A DNA stretch of 64,000 nucleotides from an uncultured virus (IMG/VR IMGVR_UViG_3300018412_000011). Its lineage: Duplodnaviria; Heunggongvirae; Uroviricota; Caudoviricetes. The position numbers and the translations under genes are program-made. The stretch's first letter is position 1. Each line of letters opens with the position of its first letter. Below are positions 9,886-19,248 of this stretch, in pieces. The DNA lies in IMG/VR virus record IMGVR_UViG_3300018412_000011; one strand, given 5' to 3'. The notes under the pieces are model-generated. The model did no database searches, had not been told where the DNA came from, and saw only the letters and a list, made by a program, of their open reading frames with translations.

Positions 9886-10077
9886 TCATGGATAATCAAC
9901 CCTCAATCTATTGGTAAGAATCAGTCCGAGTCCAATTGCGATTCCATGCCAAGCATTTCCCAAGTAATAATACGAAAGTGCTCCAAGACAAACACTTATT
10001 AAGTACAATTGCTTTTGAAGCTTTTTGGGAGAGAACCATTCCTTTCCCTTTTTGGATAATTTGTTTTTATGATTCAT
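9886..10077 (-). CDS. Small membrane protein
   Basis: Two hydrophobic segments. Confidence 0.5.
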   Translation of the reverse strand: MNHKNKLSKKGKEWFSPKKLQKQLYLISVCLGALSYYYLGNAWHGIAIGLGLILTNRLRVDYP

Positions 10078-10079
10078 AA

Positions 10080-10838
10080 TTAAATGTTCAACGCCTTATT
10101 AAGTTGTTCTCTCAACCATTTTTCTTCTTCTTCCCATTTCATTTTAAATAAATCTATTACATTTGAAGTGCCATACTTTTCCATATCTTCTTTATAATAA
10201 GTAGTTTCTTTTTGAATTTCTTGTAATAATTTTTTAGTTGGATAGCCATGATGCATTTCAACATGATTGTCTAGAAAATTTAAATAGGCTTTTGCCACTT
10301 CCTTCATGCCTTCTATCCAATCATTAGGAATTTTATTAATATCAATGATTCTTCCTCCTAATGGTTCTTGCCCATTTACAATTGAACACAAAATTGAATA
10401 TTCACATAATGGGTATGGCCTATAATAACAATTTTCATATTCATAAGCCTCCCATTCTAAAGGAAGGGGTTTTAACATAGAATAATTGTTGATATATAAT
10501 TTTTTAGCAGTTTCGATATTACACTGTAAAATGAATCCTTTTATCCCATTAAACCAATTTTCAACTAACTCTCCTTTAAATCCATTATCCTTTAGTTCTT
10601 TCCAAACTTTTTTGTCAAACTCATTTTCTTCGAATTTCCAAATTGGAACATTAAAATAATTACTAGGAACTTCATACTCTTCATCTGGTTCATTTATGAC
10701 ATCCATTAAGGCAATAGCATTTCCATTTGTTATAAAAATATGATCAAGAACAAGTAATCTAGATTTGTTATAATCTTTTGCCTTATATAGAGAAGGATGT
10801 TTTAGAATATGTTTATTAATATAATTCTTTAATTTCAT
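10080..10838 (-). CDS. Hypothetical protein
   Basis: 252-aa ORF. Confidence 0.65.
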   Translation of the reverse strand: MKLKNYINKHILKHPSLYKAKDYNKSRLLVLDHIFITNGNAIALMDVINEPDEEYEVPSNYFNVPIWKFEENEFDKKVWKELKDNGFKGELVENWFNGIKGFILQCNIETAKKLYINNYSMLKPLPLEWEAYEYENCYYRPYPLCEYSILCSIVNGQEPLGGRIIDINKIPNDWIEGMKEVAKAYLNFLDNHVEMHHGYPTKKLLQEIQKETTYYKEDMEKYGTSNVIDLFKMKWEEEEKWLREQLNKALNI

Positions 10839-10874
10839 TTAATTTGATAATGTTTGGTGGTGATATATAAAAGT

Positions 10875-11138
10875 TTAATCATTATTCTCTTCCGAATTTC
10901 TCTCATTTGAATAATTATTTTGTTCGTCTTTATTTTTTATTTCATTTGCGACAGAAATTAATTTTTCAGCAAATTCAATTGCATCATCGGGGGTAAGACG
11001 AACGCGACAAAAATTCCCTTTGTCACTTAAGAAACCGATATCAGATTCAAGTCCTACTAATACTTGGTCATGATTGTAGGCATATGTGGAAACACCCCAA
11101 CGGTATCTTTTATCAATTGAACTATAATGTTGTATCAT
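10875..11138 (-). CDS. Hypothetical protein
   Basis: 87-aa ORF, translationally coupled to the upstream gene. Confidence 0.5.
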   Translation of the reverse strand: MIQHYSSIDKRYRWGVSTYAYNHDQVLVGLESDIGFLSDKGNFCRVRLTPDDAIEFAEKLISVANEIKNKDEQNNYSNERNSEENND

Positions 11139-11464
11139 TAATATAAATCCTCACTATAAAGTTTTTTTCCGACATTAGGATTTCTAAGTTTTTGTCCACT
11201 AGCCAAAGCAACAACCTTTCCTTCTTCCCGATCCATGAATTGTCCATATTGATCTATAAAGCCTTGACCTTTATCAGAAGATCCAGGTTTGAGACCCATT
11301 GCTTTTGCTTGTCCTCTCATAATATTATCCCAATGTCTTGCCCCACACAGAATAACTCCATCAACAATGCAAGCAGCACAAACAACAGTTCTTTGCACAC
11401 TTATATTGTTATTTATATAAACTTTGGTTATATCATCAGGATCTGTTTTAAAAGGTGTTTTCAT
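11138..11464 (-). CDS. Conserved phage-type hypothetical protein
   Basis: VVCAA...GARH, QGFIDQ.G.F..REE and LYSEDLY pattern recalled from phage hypothetical proteins. Confidence 0.6.
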   Translation of the reverse strand: MKTPFKTDPDDITKVYINNNISVQRTVVCAACIVDGVILCGARHWDNIMRGQAKAMGLKPGSSDKGQGFIDQYGQFMDREEGKVVALASGQKLRNPNVGKKLYSEDLY

Positions 11465-11685
11465 TCTATTTCACTTTTTACTTTAGCATATTCCCAACAA
11501 TGAAAAATAACCTTATATTTCTTTAAAGCTATTTTTTGTTTAGGAGTAATATCGCCATATCCTTTCAATGCAAAATGCATATCTAAATTAGAATTAAAGT
11601 GGCGAGATAATTCATATTTAGCTTCCCCTAATATTTTTATGTCAGGCTTAATATAACCATTTAACAAACCAACGACTGTTTTCAT
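11461..11685 (-). CDS. Hypothetical protein
   Basis: 74-aa ORF with an ATGA overlap. Confidence 0.5.
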   Translation of the reverse strand: MKTVVGLLNGYIKPDIKILGEAKYELSRHFNSNLDMHFALKGYGDITPKQKIALKKYKVIFHCWEYAKVKSEIE

Positions 11686-11688
11686 AAT

Positions 11689-12915
11689 TTAATCCTCAAA
11701 TTCAACTCCAAATTGATCTTTGAATTTCTTTTTAAGGTCTAAGGTTTTAACAAGATTTTTTGGATTGTCAAGTTGTTTTTTAATAATTTCATCCATAGTT
11801 GACCCTTTTCGTAATTGAAACATTAACGCAGGATGAATTTCTTTATTAGCTTGAACCTTTAGTGCGAAGTCCTTCTGTTCTTCTGTGTCTTTAATGGTTT
11901 CATAGAATTTTAGGTTTTTATCTTTGTACTCTTTTAAAGCTTTTTCAACTAAATCGAAGAATGGCTTATCCTCACTAAAATAATTAAGATACTCAAATTG
12001 TTCATTTTGTCCAACAAGAATTAAAACTTGTTTTGGAGAAATTTGTCCATTGGCTCGCATATTATGAATCGCACAATATTTGGTGTTTTTGAGTTTGAGT
12101 CGCTTAACAATACCTTTATCGAACCAAGATAAAACAACTCCCTCTTGTAAAGAAGGAAATTTTTCCACCAAATTCAACAAATCTTCATGAGAATTGGCTT
12201 TATACACAATTGGGGTTTTTAAACCAATTTTTCTACCAACATCATGAATGTATTCGGGATGCAACTCTACCCCACTATCTTTCAATTTAGCAGACAACCA
12301 AGTTAATTCAATTTTATCGTAAGGTGTCACTATCCGGTTATATGGAGAGGTCAATTCAAACATAAAAGTATAGTCTTGAGAATTTTTAAAATCATTTAAG
12401 TAATTAACAACGGTTGTGTAATTTTCTGCTTTTTCAACTAAATCGGAAAAAGAAATATCAAAACCAGTATCACCCTCTGCAAATGCAGCCCCTCTTGTTG
12501 CCGATTGCCATTTATTGTTAAAATAATCCCAGTAAAAATTAATTAATGTACCATCCATTTTGTGAAGAATAGTAGACTCTTTTAAATTCCTTGCTTGGAT
12601 TGATTCCTCTTTAAAGGATGGGGAACGGACATACAAACCATTATTACTTGTCCCTTCACCAAGATTATAGAACCGTTGAAAAGACCGACACATAACATTA
12701 AAATCTTTGTCTACAATCAATCCTCGACATTCATCCACAATAGGATGAAAACGAGGAGAATCAATTTGATTATAATTAATTATATATCGATCATTATATT
12801 TGCGGACTTTAATGGCAAATTCTTCTTGAAGCTTTGCAATTCCATTCTTTTTCAAATAATCTGTTACGAACATTTTAGGTTGCCTTTGATAAACTTCTTT
12901 TATCTTTGTTTCCAT
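11689..12915 (-). CDS. T4 Rnl1-like RNA ligase
   Basis: ECRGL, F..FYN, motif I KMDGT, FELTSP.NRIV, EGVV, RLKLK. Confidence 0.88.
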   Translation of the reverse strand: METKIKEVYQRQPKMFVTDYLKKNGIAKLQEEFAIKVRKYNDRYIINYNQIDSPRFHPIVDECRGLIVDKDFNVMCRSFQRFYNLGEGTSNNGLYVRSPSFKEESIQARNLKESTILHKMDGTLINFYWDYFNNKWQSATRGAAFAEGDTGFDISFSDLVEKAENYTTVVNYLNDFKNSQDYTFMFELTSPYNRIVTPYDKIELTWLSAKLKDSGVELHPEYIHDVGRKIGLKTPIVYKANSHEDLLNLVEKFPSLQEGVVLSWFDKGIVKRLKLKNTKYCAIHNMRANGQISPKQVLILVGQNEQFEYLNYFSEDKPFFDLVEKALKEYKDKNLKFYETIKDTEEQKDFALKVQANKEIHPALMFQLRKGSTMDEIIKKQLDNPKNLVKTLDLKKKFKDQFGVEFED

Positions 12916-13198
12916 ACTTGTTTTTTAATGTTGAAGGGACTGAAGAACGTTCAACATGCTCTCTTTTATCCAATATGAGTTTTATTTCTCCAATATAATG
13001 AATTCCCTCTCTATGCAATTTCTCATCTATTATGCAACCACATGGCAATCCACATAAACCAAGTCGATTGCAAAAGACTCGTTTTGACTTATAATATCTA
13101 AGTAAACTTTTTGTACTTAAATTTTCACATTCTTCTAGTGTCAAAAGGTTTTTGCCAAGTTTTTTAGATAATTTTTTAGCATCTTCGTTTGTTATCAT
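12875..13198 (-). CDS. Hypothetical protein
   Basis: 107-aa ORF, ATG 6 nt after a predicted -10 box. Confidence 0.55.
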   Translation of the reverse strand: MITNEDAKKLSKKLGKNLLTLEECENLSTKSLLRYYKSKRVFCNRLGLCGLPCGCIIDEKLHREGIHYIGEIKLILDKREHVERSSVPSTLKNKYGNKDKRSLSKAT

Positions 13199-13204
13199 GC
13201 AAGC

Positions 13205-13232
13205 ATATTACTTTTTTAAAAACAAATGTCAA
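13205..13232 (-). promoter_or_regulatory. Promoter TTGACA-N16-TAATAT, 6 nt before ATG 13198
   Basis: Read directly from sequence. Confidence 0.7.
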
Positions 13233-13237
13233 GCAAA

Positions 13238-13270
13238 AAGTCCCTTGCTTTAGCTATGGGGAGTATATCA
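13238..13270 (+). mobile_element. Solitary IS200/IS605-family right-end-like hairpin remnant
   Basis: aagtcccttgctttagctatggggagtatatca resembles the ccc..gctttagc..ggggag.atgtca end motif of tnpB-carrying elements. No tnpA or tnpB nearby. Confidence 0.4.
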
Positions 13271-13403
13271 GCGTTTTTAAAAGGTTGCTTCCCCTAAAAA
13301 TTTAAATAATTTTTCCCTATCTATTTCATCAAGGGAAAATGCTCCTAAAAATATTCGAATATAATTTCTGTATTCTCCATCAAAATCTTTAACAATTTGA
13401 AGA

Positions 13404-14396
13404 TTAATATTTTTGTTCCTCGAAATTTTTGAGATATGTATGGCCTGTTTCTGACAGAATACGCCCTCTAGTAGTGCTTTCAATCAAACCAAGTTCTCTG
13501 AGACGAATTTCTAATTCATTGCGAATGTTATTCTCATTTACCATCATTTGAAGAGCCAAGTTGGAAGCTGAAATGGGTTGGTTTTCTGCAATTTTGACTA
13601 ACAAATCTTTTTCTTGATTGTTTAAGCCCAAAGGATAAATCTCAAAAAGATCCTTAAATTGGTCCCAATCTTTTGGGGTTAACACATTTTTGTTGTCAGA
13701 TTTGATTTTGAGAAATCTTTTCAAGTTGCTTGCCAACAAAAATGTATCCCGACCTCTATTTCGGCAAGCATGAGCTAAATCTGTAAGGTCGCATTTAAGC
13801 ATATCCACTTTAAGACCAAGATACATCACAAGCATGGAAACAATATCTTCTTGTTCATATCTTTTGAAATAAATATTCACGGTTCTATTTTTCAAAGGAG
13901 CAAACATCATATATGCATCTGTGGTAGCGAAAATAAAATTGATTAAAGATAAATCAAATTCATAATTGATACCATCATAAAAAACAGTGTTTTTATGATT
14001 CTTGTTTGGATTTAAAATGCTCAATAGAATGTTTGAAACTTCACTCGTAAGGTCATGACTTTCATCCAATAAAATTGTCACAGGTTTAGTTCCCATAACT
14101 TGACCAACAAAGATGTTTTCAAACAACTCTTTGCCTGTTTTGATATTGGAACAATTAACCTCGACATATTTCCTTCCAAGACTTTTAGCAACCCTTTGAG
14201 CAATATAGGTTTTTCCCAATCCATGACTTCCAGAGAACAAAAACGTAGGACAGGGAGTTTCATTACTATGAGATTCAATATAAAACCTAAGTTTTTCAAT
14301 AACCTTTTCTTGCCCAATGACATCGGAAAAACCGTTGGAAAATTTAGGTTCCTCTTTCGATTCAATCAATTTGATTGTTACTTCTTTTGTCATCAT
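13404..14396 (-). CDS. ruvB: RuvB-like AAA+ ATPase (Holliday junction branch migration)
   Basis: VIGQ, GSHGLGKT, LLDESH, FATT...APLKNR; C-terminal winged helix with LGL..., E..L...GLI..T.RGR. Confidence 0.8.
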   Translation of the reverse strand: MMTKEVTIKLIESKEEPKFSNGFSDVIGQEKVIEKLRFYIESHSNETPCPTFLFSGSHGLGKTYIAQRVAKSLGRKYVEVNCSNIKTGKELFENIFVGQVMGTKPVTILLDESHDLTSEVSNILLSILNPNKNHKNTVFYDGINYEFDLSLINFIFATTDAYMMFAPLKNRTVNIYFKRYEQEDIVSMLVMYLGLKVDMLKCDLTDLAHACRNRGRDTFLLASNLKRFLKIKSDNKNVLTPKDWDQFKDLFEIYPLGLNNQEKDLLVKIAENQPISASNLALQMMVNENNIRNELEIRLRELGLIESTTRGRILSETGHTYLKNFEEQKY

Positions 14397-14402
14397 ATTT
14401 GT

Positions 14403-14430
14403 ATATTATCATGTTTTTGTAATTATGCAA
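14403..14430 (-). promoter_or_regulatory. Promoter TTGCAT-N16-TAATAT, 6 nt before the ruvB ATG
   Basis: Read directly from sequence. Confidence 0.65.
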
Positions 14431-14431
14431 G

Positions 14432-14461
14432 AAAAAATCCCCCTAAATTTAGGGGGATTTT
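14432..14461 (-). terminator. Intrinsic terminator after the sigma gene
   Basis: Palindrome aaaatcccccta-aatt-tagggggatttt with A/T tails. Confidence 0.8.
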
Positions 14462-14464
14462 CAA

Positions 14465-15262
14465 TCATTCGACAGTAAGTTGATCCTTCAAATCATTCAA
14501 CGTTTGTTTTTCAATTTGACGAATTCTTTCTCTAGTAAGATTGTGTTTTACCCCCAAATCTTCAAGTCTCACTTTTTCATCTTGCAAGTAACGAGATACA
14601 ATAATGTCTTTTTGAAGATCATCAAGTCCTTCGACAATAGCCAAAAGTTCTTTTTTATCCTCATTTTTTTCAATTACTGTGAAAGGCGACAAAACATTTT
14701 CGTCTTCTAAAGTTTGTCCATAGGTTGATCCATCTTCTGCAATTTCTAAATCCATTGATGTAGATCTTACATTAGACATTTTAACTTTCCACAATTTACT
14801 TTTGGTCCATCCCATTTTATCACGAATTTCTTCATCACCTAATCCATCTTTTTTAAAGTTCAAATATTTAGCACGAAGATCAACGATATTGGAATCAATT
14901 GTAACATCATGGGAACTTGCGTAAAGATATTTTTTAATACCTTGCTTAATCCACCAAGATGCATACGTAGAAAATTTACTCTTGGTAAGTTTATTTGGGT
15001 CAACCCGACGAACTGCTTCCATCAAACCTTCATTTCCTGCTGAAATTAAGTCTTCAGCAGGTGTCCCAGTAGAACGTGCAAATTTGAAAGCAATAGTAAC
15101 TACTAATTTAAGATTACTTTCCACTAAAACTTCTGTAGCTTTTTGTTTTTCCTTATCTGAGTAATTCCCTTGGATAATAGAAGCTAAATTCCTCTCTTCA
15201 TCTCTAGAAAGTAATTCATGTTTCCCGATTGTATCTAAATATGAATCTATTGCTGTTTTCAT
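14465..15262 (-). CDS. Sigma-70 family factor (RpoD/RpoS/RpoH-like, regions 1.2-4)
   Basis: YL..IG..ELLS.DEE, SNLKLVV.IA, DLISAGNEGLM.AV, KFSTYASWWIKQ, LTRERIRQIE. Confidence 0.93.
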   Translation of the reverse strand: MKTAIDSYLDTIGKHELLSRDEERNLASIIQGNYSDKEKQKATEVLVESNLKLVVTIAFKFARSTGTPAEDLISAGNEGLMEAVRRVDPNKLTKSKFSTYASWWIKQGIKKYLYASSHDVTIDSNIVDLRAKYLNFKKDGLGDEEIRDKMGWTKSKLWKVKMSNVRSTSMDLEIAEDGSTYGQTLEDENVLSPFTVIEKNEDKKELLAIVEGLDDLQKDIIVSRYLQDEKVRLEDLGVKHNLTRERIRQIEKQTLNDLKDQLTVE

Positions 15263-15323
15263 TGTTTTCCTTTTATATGGGTTCTATTTGGTTTTTGCAA
15301 GTACTTTTTAATATTTTTTACAT

Positions 15324-15354
15324 AAAAAAAGCGGGCTGAAATTCAGCCCGCTTT
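15324..15354 (-). terminator. Intrinsic terminator after the metacaspase gene
   Basis: gcgggctgaa-a-ttcagcccgc stem followed by a U-tract on the minus strand. Confidence 0.85.
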
Positions 15355-15374
15355 GCGATTTGCTTTTTTGCTTT

Positions 15375-16196
15375 TTAGAAGAACAGTTTTTCTTTGTTTT
15401 TTCTCTTTCCTTCTAATTGCGGACTTTGAGGGTGTATGTTTGATGGAAGTTCTTTTCTTAATAGATGATAAAGTTTCTCAAATGAAATATTCCCTTTTGC
15501 TTTTAATATATTTGTCGCATTATATGTCATCGCTCCCATGTATTTTCCACCAAGATACGCATCATAACTATATTGAGAAGCATTACAACCTGTTAATAGC
15601 ACTTCATTTTGTCGTCCTTTAGGGGATAATAATTGGTTGCGAGTCGTAACCTCCATTGCTGCTTCTAATTCATCTTCGGGGGGCAAATATCTTGGTTTCA
15701 CATATCCCTCTTCTGAGAAAAGACCCAATACAGAACGAGTCATTGTTCCAGAATGGCAACTATCAGAAATAATTGTCAATGATGCTGAAGGATGCATAGA
15801 ATCAATAAACCTTCTAATATGGTCATCGACCAGCAATCCGTCCCAAAGAACCCACGCTTCATCTCTACCATCAGACTCATCTTTATTTTTGTCTGCGGTA
15901 TGAGTTCCATGTCCAGAAAAAGTCAAAGCTCCTTTGAAATTTTCTCCATATTTGTTAGATAACTTTTCTAGTTCTCTAAAAATACTTCTAACTTCGCTTT
16001 GAACAACTTCCGAGTCTTTTAAGAAAGTAGTTGTGTAACCATATTGGCTATAAAGTTTTTGCCACGCAGATGCATCATTAACGCATCCTCGAAGGTCATT
16101 TTGAGTTCCTCTATAGTCATTGATTCCTAAGTTAAAAGCAACTTTGCTTCCACTTATATTAGATCTTTGAGGCTTATTATGTTTTTTCGACAACAT
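15375..16196 (-). CDS. Metacaspase / caspase-like C14 peptidase
   Basis: GINDY....LRGCVNDA, FSGHG (His), DGRDE, SDSCHSG (Cys), Q.PQL. Start reassigned to ATG 16196 after an AGGAG SD. Confidence 0.9.
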   Translation of the reverse strand: MLSKKHNKPQRSNISGSKVAFNLGINDYRGTQNDLRGCVNDASAWQKLYSQYGYTTTFLKDSEVVQSEVRSIFRELEKLSNKYGENFKGALTFSGHGTHTADKNKDESDGRDEAWVLWDGLLVDDHIRRFIDSMHPSASLTIISDSCHSGTMTRSVLGLFSEEGYVKPRYLPPEDELEAAMEVTTRNQLLSPKGRQNEVLLTGCNASQYSYDAYLGGKYMGAMTYNATNILKAKGNISFEKLYHLLRKELPSNIHPQSPQLEGKRKNKEKLFF

Positions 16197-16197
16197 C

Positions 16198-16650
16198 TTA
16201 AAAACTCCTATTATCATTGTTAGAATTGTTATTGATAGAATCTGTATCAGTAGAAGTAGTTGTGGAACTAACAGTGACAGAGTTAGAATCTCCATTAATT
16301 TCCAAAGCTAAATCTTGGTTACTTTCATTTGAAGCTCTTTGGGTGTCCGAACTTCCTTCCGAATCATCTCTAACGTTATCATAAATAAGATATCCAGCGA
16401 GCAAATCAACTGCAACTGCAATTGCATGGCCTACTGGATCATTCGATATCCCTTCTGCAATAGAAGGTTCTTCAATGTTTCTTGCTTCAGGAGGAACTCC
16501 TTCTTCTAGATTTCGAACTGCTGTTGCCCGTCTTTCTTCTGCGATCTCGCCTCTGCTTTTGCTATTTACATAGGCACTTGCACAACTAGTAGATAGTATA
16601 AATGCAATCATCAAAAAAAATAATGATGCCATCTTAGTTAATGTTTTCAT
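16198..16650 (-). CDS. Predicted lipoprotein / exported protein
   Basis: Signal peptide ending in lipobox-like LSTSC; a second hydrophobic stretch; Ser/Thr/Asn-rich tail. Confidence 0.6.
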   Translation of the reverse strand: MKTLTKMASLFFLMIAFILSTSCASAYVNSKSRGEIAEERRATAVRNLEEGVPPEARNIEEPSIAEGISNDPVGHAIAVAVDLLAGYLIYDNVRDDSEGSSDTQRASNESNQDLALEINGDSNSVTVSSTTTSTDTDSINNNSNNDNRSF

Positions 16651-16685
16651 AATTTATTTTCCTTTTTTCATAATTTATTTTCCTT
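16644..16685. repeat. 21-bp tandem duplication of the SD-plus-start region
   Basis: ttttcataatttattttcctt x2. Confidence 0.85.
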
Positions 16686-16720
16686 CATGGAATATTGCAA
16701 TTATACAATATTTTTCTAAT

Positions 16721-16746
16721 ATTCTTTATTTCATGTTTAAAACCCT
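16721..16746 (-). promoter_or_regulatory. SigH-like promoter AGGG-N18-GAAT upstream of the lipoprotein-metacaspase pair
   Basis: Recurrent motif. Confidence 0.45.
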
Positions 16747-16750
16747 TTAC

Positions 16751-17410
16751 TCAATCAATATTGTGATTAATATTATCAGTTTCTTCAATAATTATTAGTT
16801 CTTTATCAGTTTTACTTATTTCATTAGCTTTTTGCCCCAAATACCCTGAATGATGCCTTAAATAGTAATCTTCAGGGGTTAACCCTATTAATTCCGACAA
16901 TAAAATAGCGATGGTGTCGGTTATAGCAAGCATCATAAGTATAGAAGAAGTGGGAGCTAACCCAAGATCCCCTATTTCTTGAAAATGCCCCATGTCAATA
17001 ATAACATTAGCCTTATCTCTTAACTTACTATCTTTGTGGGATGTGATGCCAATTATTTGAATTTTTGGAAATATTTTTTTACTCAAATCTGATATTTCCA
17101 AAATTTCTCTTGTTTTTCCAGAAGTTGACGCAACAAATAACACATCATTCTTGGAAATTAAGCCCAAATCTCCATGCATAGCCTCTCCTGCGTGTAAGAA
17201 AACCGAGGGAATTCCTAAAGAAGAAAGTGTCGCAGAAAATTTTTGCATTGCAATTCCTGCCTTACCCATGCCAGTTGTAATGATTTTTGAATCTTTTTTA
17301 TAGCAATCTAATATAGTGTCGATGACAATATCAATACTTTCATCAACATAAAGTTTAGATACTTGTTCTCCTAATTGACTTAGGTAATCATTAATTTTCT
17401 TTTGGTGCAT
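16751..17410 (-). CDS. SIS-domain sugar-phosphate isomerase (KpsF/GutQ/KdsD-like, no CBS domains)
   Basis: TGMGKAG, FLHAGEAMHGDLG, STSGKT.E, LAPTSS, HHSG.LG. Confidence 0.88.
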   Translation of the reverse strand: MHQKKINDYLSQLGEQVSKLYVDESIDIVIDTILDCYKKDSKIITTGMGKAGIAMQKFSATLSSLGIPSVFLHAGEAMHGDLGLISKNDVLFVASTSGKTREILEISDLSKKIFPKIQIIGITSHKDSKLRDKANVIIDMGHFQEIGDLGLAPTSSILMMLAITDTIAILLSELIGLTPEDYYLRHHSGYLGQKANEISKTDKELIIIEETDNINHNID

Positions 17411-18185
17411 TACCTAATTTACTTAGGATTTTATCCAAAATTAAATGAATAATCAATCCAAATTTTTCTTTTGCAGATTTTTTAGATAAATTAGTTTTTT
17501 TTTGAAACTTTTGTTCTTGGGCTTCTTGAACTTCTTGGGCTTCTTGAACTTCTTGGGCTTCTTGAACTTCTTGGGCTTCTTGGGCTTCTTGGGCTTCTTG
17601 GGCTTCTTGGGGTTGAATAACTTTTTTTTGAGAATCATCAATTTCTTCTGAAAACTGTTTTTCATTTAAGGATAAGGAAGGGGGCAAAAACTGGTTATTC
17701 TCCTCTCTATCTTGCAAATCGTCTTTAGGACTTCCCAAATAATCTTTATCTAAATTTTTCTTGGGGGGAGAAGACGAAAGGGGAGGAGTCCCTAAGAATT
17801 GATTTAAGAGTTCTCCGAAGGTATTATCAAATTCATAAGAATTTTTATTTTTCTCTTTTTCTTCTACAAAATCCAAAAAATCGTTAATTTCTTTTTGCGA
17901 TGCATCTTGAATACTTTCTGAGGTCAAAATGTTTTCATTAGGAGTAAATGCTCCATATCGTTCTACTACTTGTTCTTCTAATTCATTAATAGTGAATTCT
18001 CCATTCCTAACAAGCTGTTTGTATTCTTTGAATTTTCTATCAATTTTTTTCTGAAAATTAATGATTTCTTCAATATCATTAAAATTCAAAACAGAAGAAG
18101 TCGCCCCTTTGGTGATTTCATATTCGACAACAGTTTTGATACGTCCATCTAGAATAAGCGCGTCTTGGATGTTCTTTCTTTTCAT
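17391..18185 (-). CDS. Hypothetical acidic protein with a QEA/QEV repeat
   Basis: ORF; likely start ATG 18185. Confidence 0.6.
   Translation of the reverse strand: MKRKNIQDALILDGRIKTVVEYEITKGATSSVLNFNDIEEIINFQKKIDRKFKEYKQLVRNGEFTINELEEQVVERYGAFTPNENILTSESIQDASQKEINDFLDFVEEKEKNKNSYEFDNTFGELLNQFLGTPPLSSSPPKKNLDKDYLGSPKDDLQDREENNQFLPPSLSLNEKQFSEEIDDSQKKVIQPQEAQEAQEAQEAQEVQEAQEVQEAQEVQEAQEQKFQKKTNLSKKSAKEKFGLIIHLILDKILSKLGNAPKEN
17514..17610. repeat. 9-bp tandem repeat (ttcttgggc/ttcttgaac, about 10.5 copies) encoding (QEA/QEV)n
   Basis: Read directly from sequence. Confidence 0.95.
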
Positions 18186-18186
18186 A

Positions 18187-19230
18187 TTAAAATAAAACCT
18201 CATAATCTAACGTTTTAATATCAAAAAACTTTAAATATTCTTCAAAATTATTTTTGTTTGTAGGTTGTGCCTCAATAGAAGGTACAGGAATATCCATGTC
18301 CATCTTTTTCAATGAATAAGCTAATTCAATTCTCTTTTCAAAAACCAAAATCATAATCTCTGCTTTTGAAGCCTTAATTAATTTTTGTTCTAATGCAGAA
18401 AGTAACCCTGAATGTGGCATATTCCACGATACTTCGGGATACTTATTTTTCCCCGATTTAGTTTTTACATTTAAAACGTTTTCAGTAAAGTCTTCTTTAC
18501 TAGTTTCTCCATATTTCTCAATATCATCTTTATATTTATTCTTATAAAAGGCAAGAGTTTCCTCCCAACTTCCATGTTTCTGAATTTCTTTAATAGCTCC
18601 TTTGATTCCACATCCAGGTACTCCAAAAATATTATCTCCAGTGTCTCCCATTAATGCACCAACATCAATCATTTGTTGAGGACTTAGGTTATATTCCTCT
18701 CTGAATGTTTCCAAATCAATTTTTTCATTTTTCATCCCATCCCAAATCCAGACATTTTCTTTAATGAGTTGAAGATAATCTTTATCAGAAGTAACAAGAA
18801 CAACTTCATTGTTAGAGTCTGCCGACAAAATTTCTACATATGATGCAATTACATCGTCTGCTTCAAAACCTTCAACTAAAATTTGCGGTATTCCAGTTTG
18901 ACCTATTGCTTGTTGCAACATATATCCATGATCAAAGAATTCTTGCAAAGCAATAGGCGTTTCATCTTTATCTTTCTTCCTGTTGTCCTTGTAAGCAGAT
19001 TTAATAAGTCCTGCCTCAACTGCCACTTTACTCTCAGTTTTTCTTCTCTTAGATGAACTGTCCCATGCAATCAACATTTGATGTTCATGAAAATCTTTTT
19101 TTAAAGAAATTAAAGACTGGAAAAATCCATAATGAAAACCAGAGGGCATACCTAATGTGTTTTGCATTCCTTGGTGAGTAAATGCATTGCGAATTGCCAA
19201 ATTGTTTCCGTCAATTAATAAATATTTCAT
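18187..19230 (-). CDS. 5'-3' exonuclease / flap endonuclease (PolA N-terminal or T4 RNase H type)
   Basis: LIDGNN, WD, YK.NR, EADDVIA, SDKDY.QL, LMGDTGDNI.GV.G.G.K.A. Confidence 0.93.
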   Translation of the reverse strand: MKYLLIDGNNLAIRNAFTHQGMQNTLGMPSGFHYGFFQSLISLKKDFHEHQMLIAWDSSSKRRKTESKVAVEAGLIKSAYKDNRKKDKDETPIALQEFFDHGYMLQQAIGQTGIPQILVEGFEADDVIASYVEILSADSNNEVVLVTSDKDYLQLIKENVWIWDGMKNEKIDLETFREEYNLSPQQMIDVGALMGDTGDNIFGVPGCGIKGAIKEIQKHGSWEETLAFYKNKYKDDIEKYGETSKEDFTENVLNVKTKSGKNKYPEVSWNMPHSGLLSALEQKLIKASKAEIMILVFEKRIELAYSLKKMDMDIPVPSIEAQPTNKNNFEEYLKFFDIKTLDYEVLF

Positions 19231-19248
19231 GAGAAAATCATACTTAAT

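Noticed and set aside
13277..13483. 68-aa ORF overlapping the ruvB 3' end
   Set aside because: It has a non-ATG start inside ruvB, an 80-bp overlap and no motif.
17514..17610. Possible CRISPR array or non-coding repeat
   Set aside because: The 9-bp units have no spacers and lie in frame within a CDS; it is a coding minisatellite. The same holds for 57919-57967.
17453..17665. Lys/Pro-rich (KKP)n ORF
   Set aside because: It is an alternative reading frame of the 9-bp repeat.
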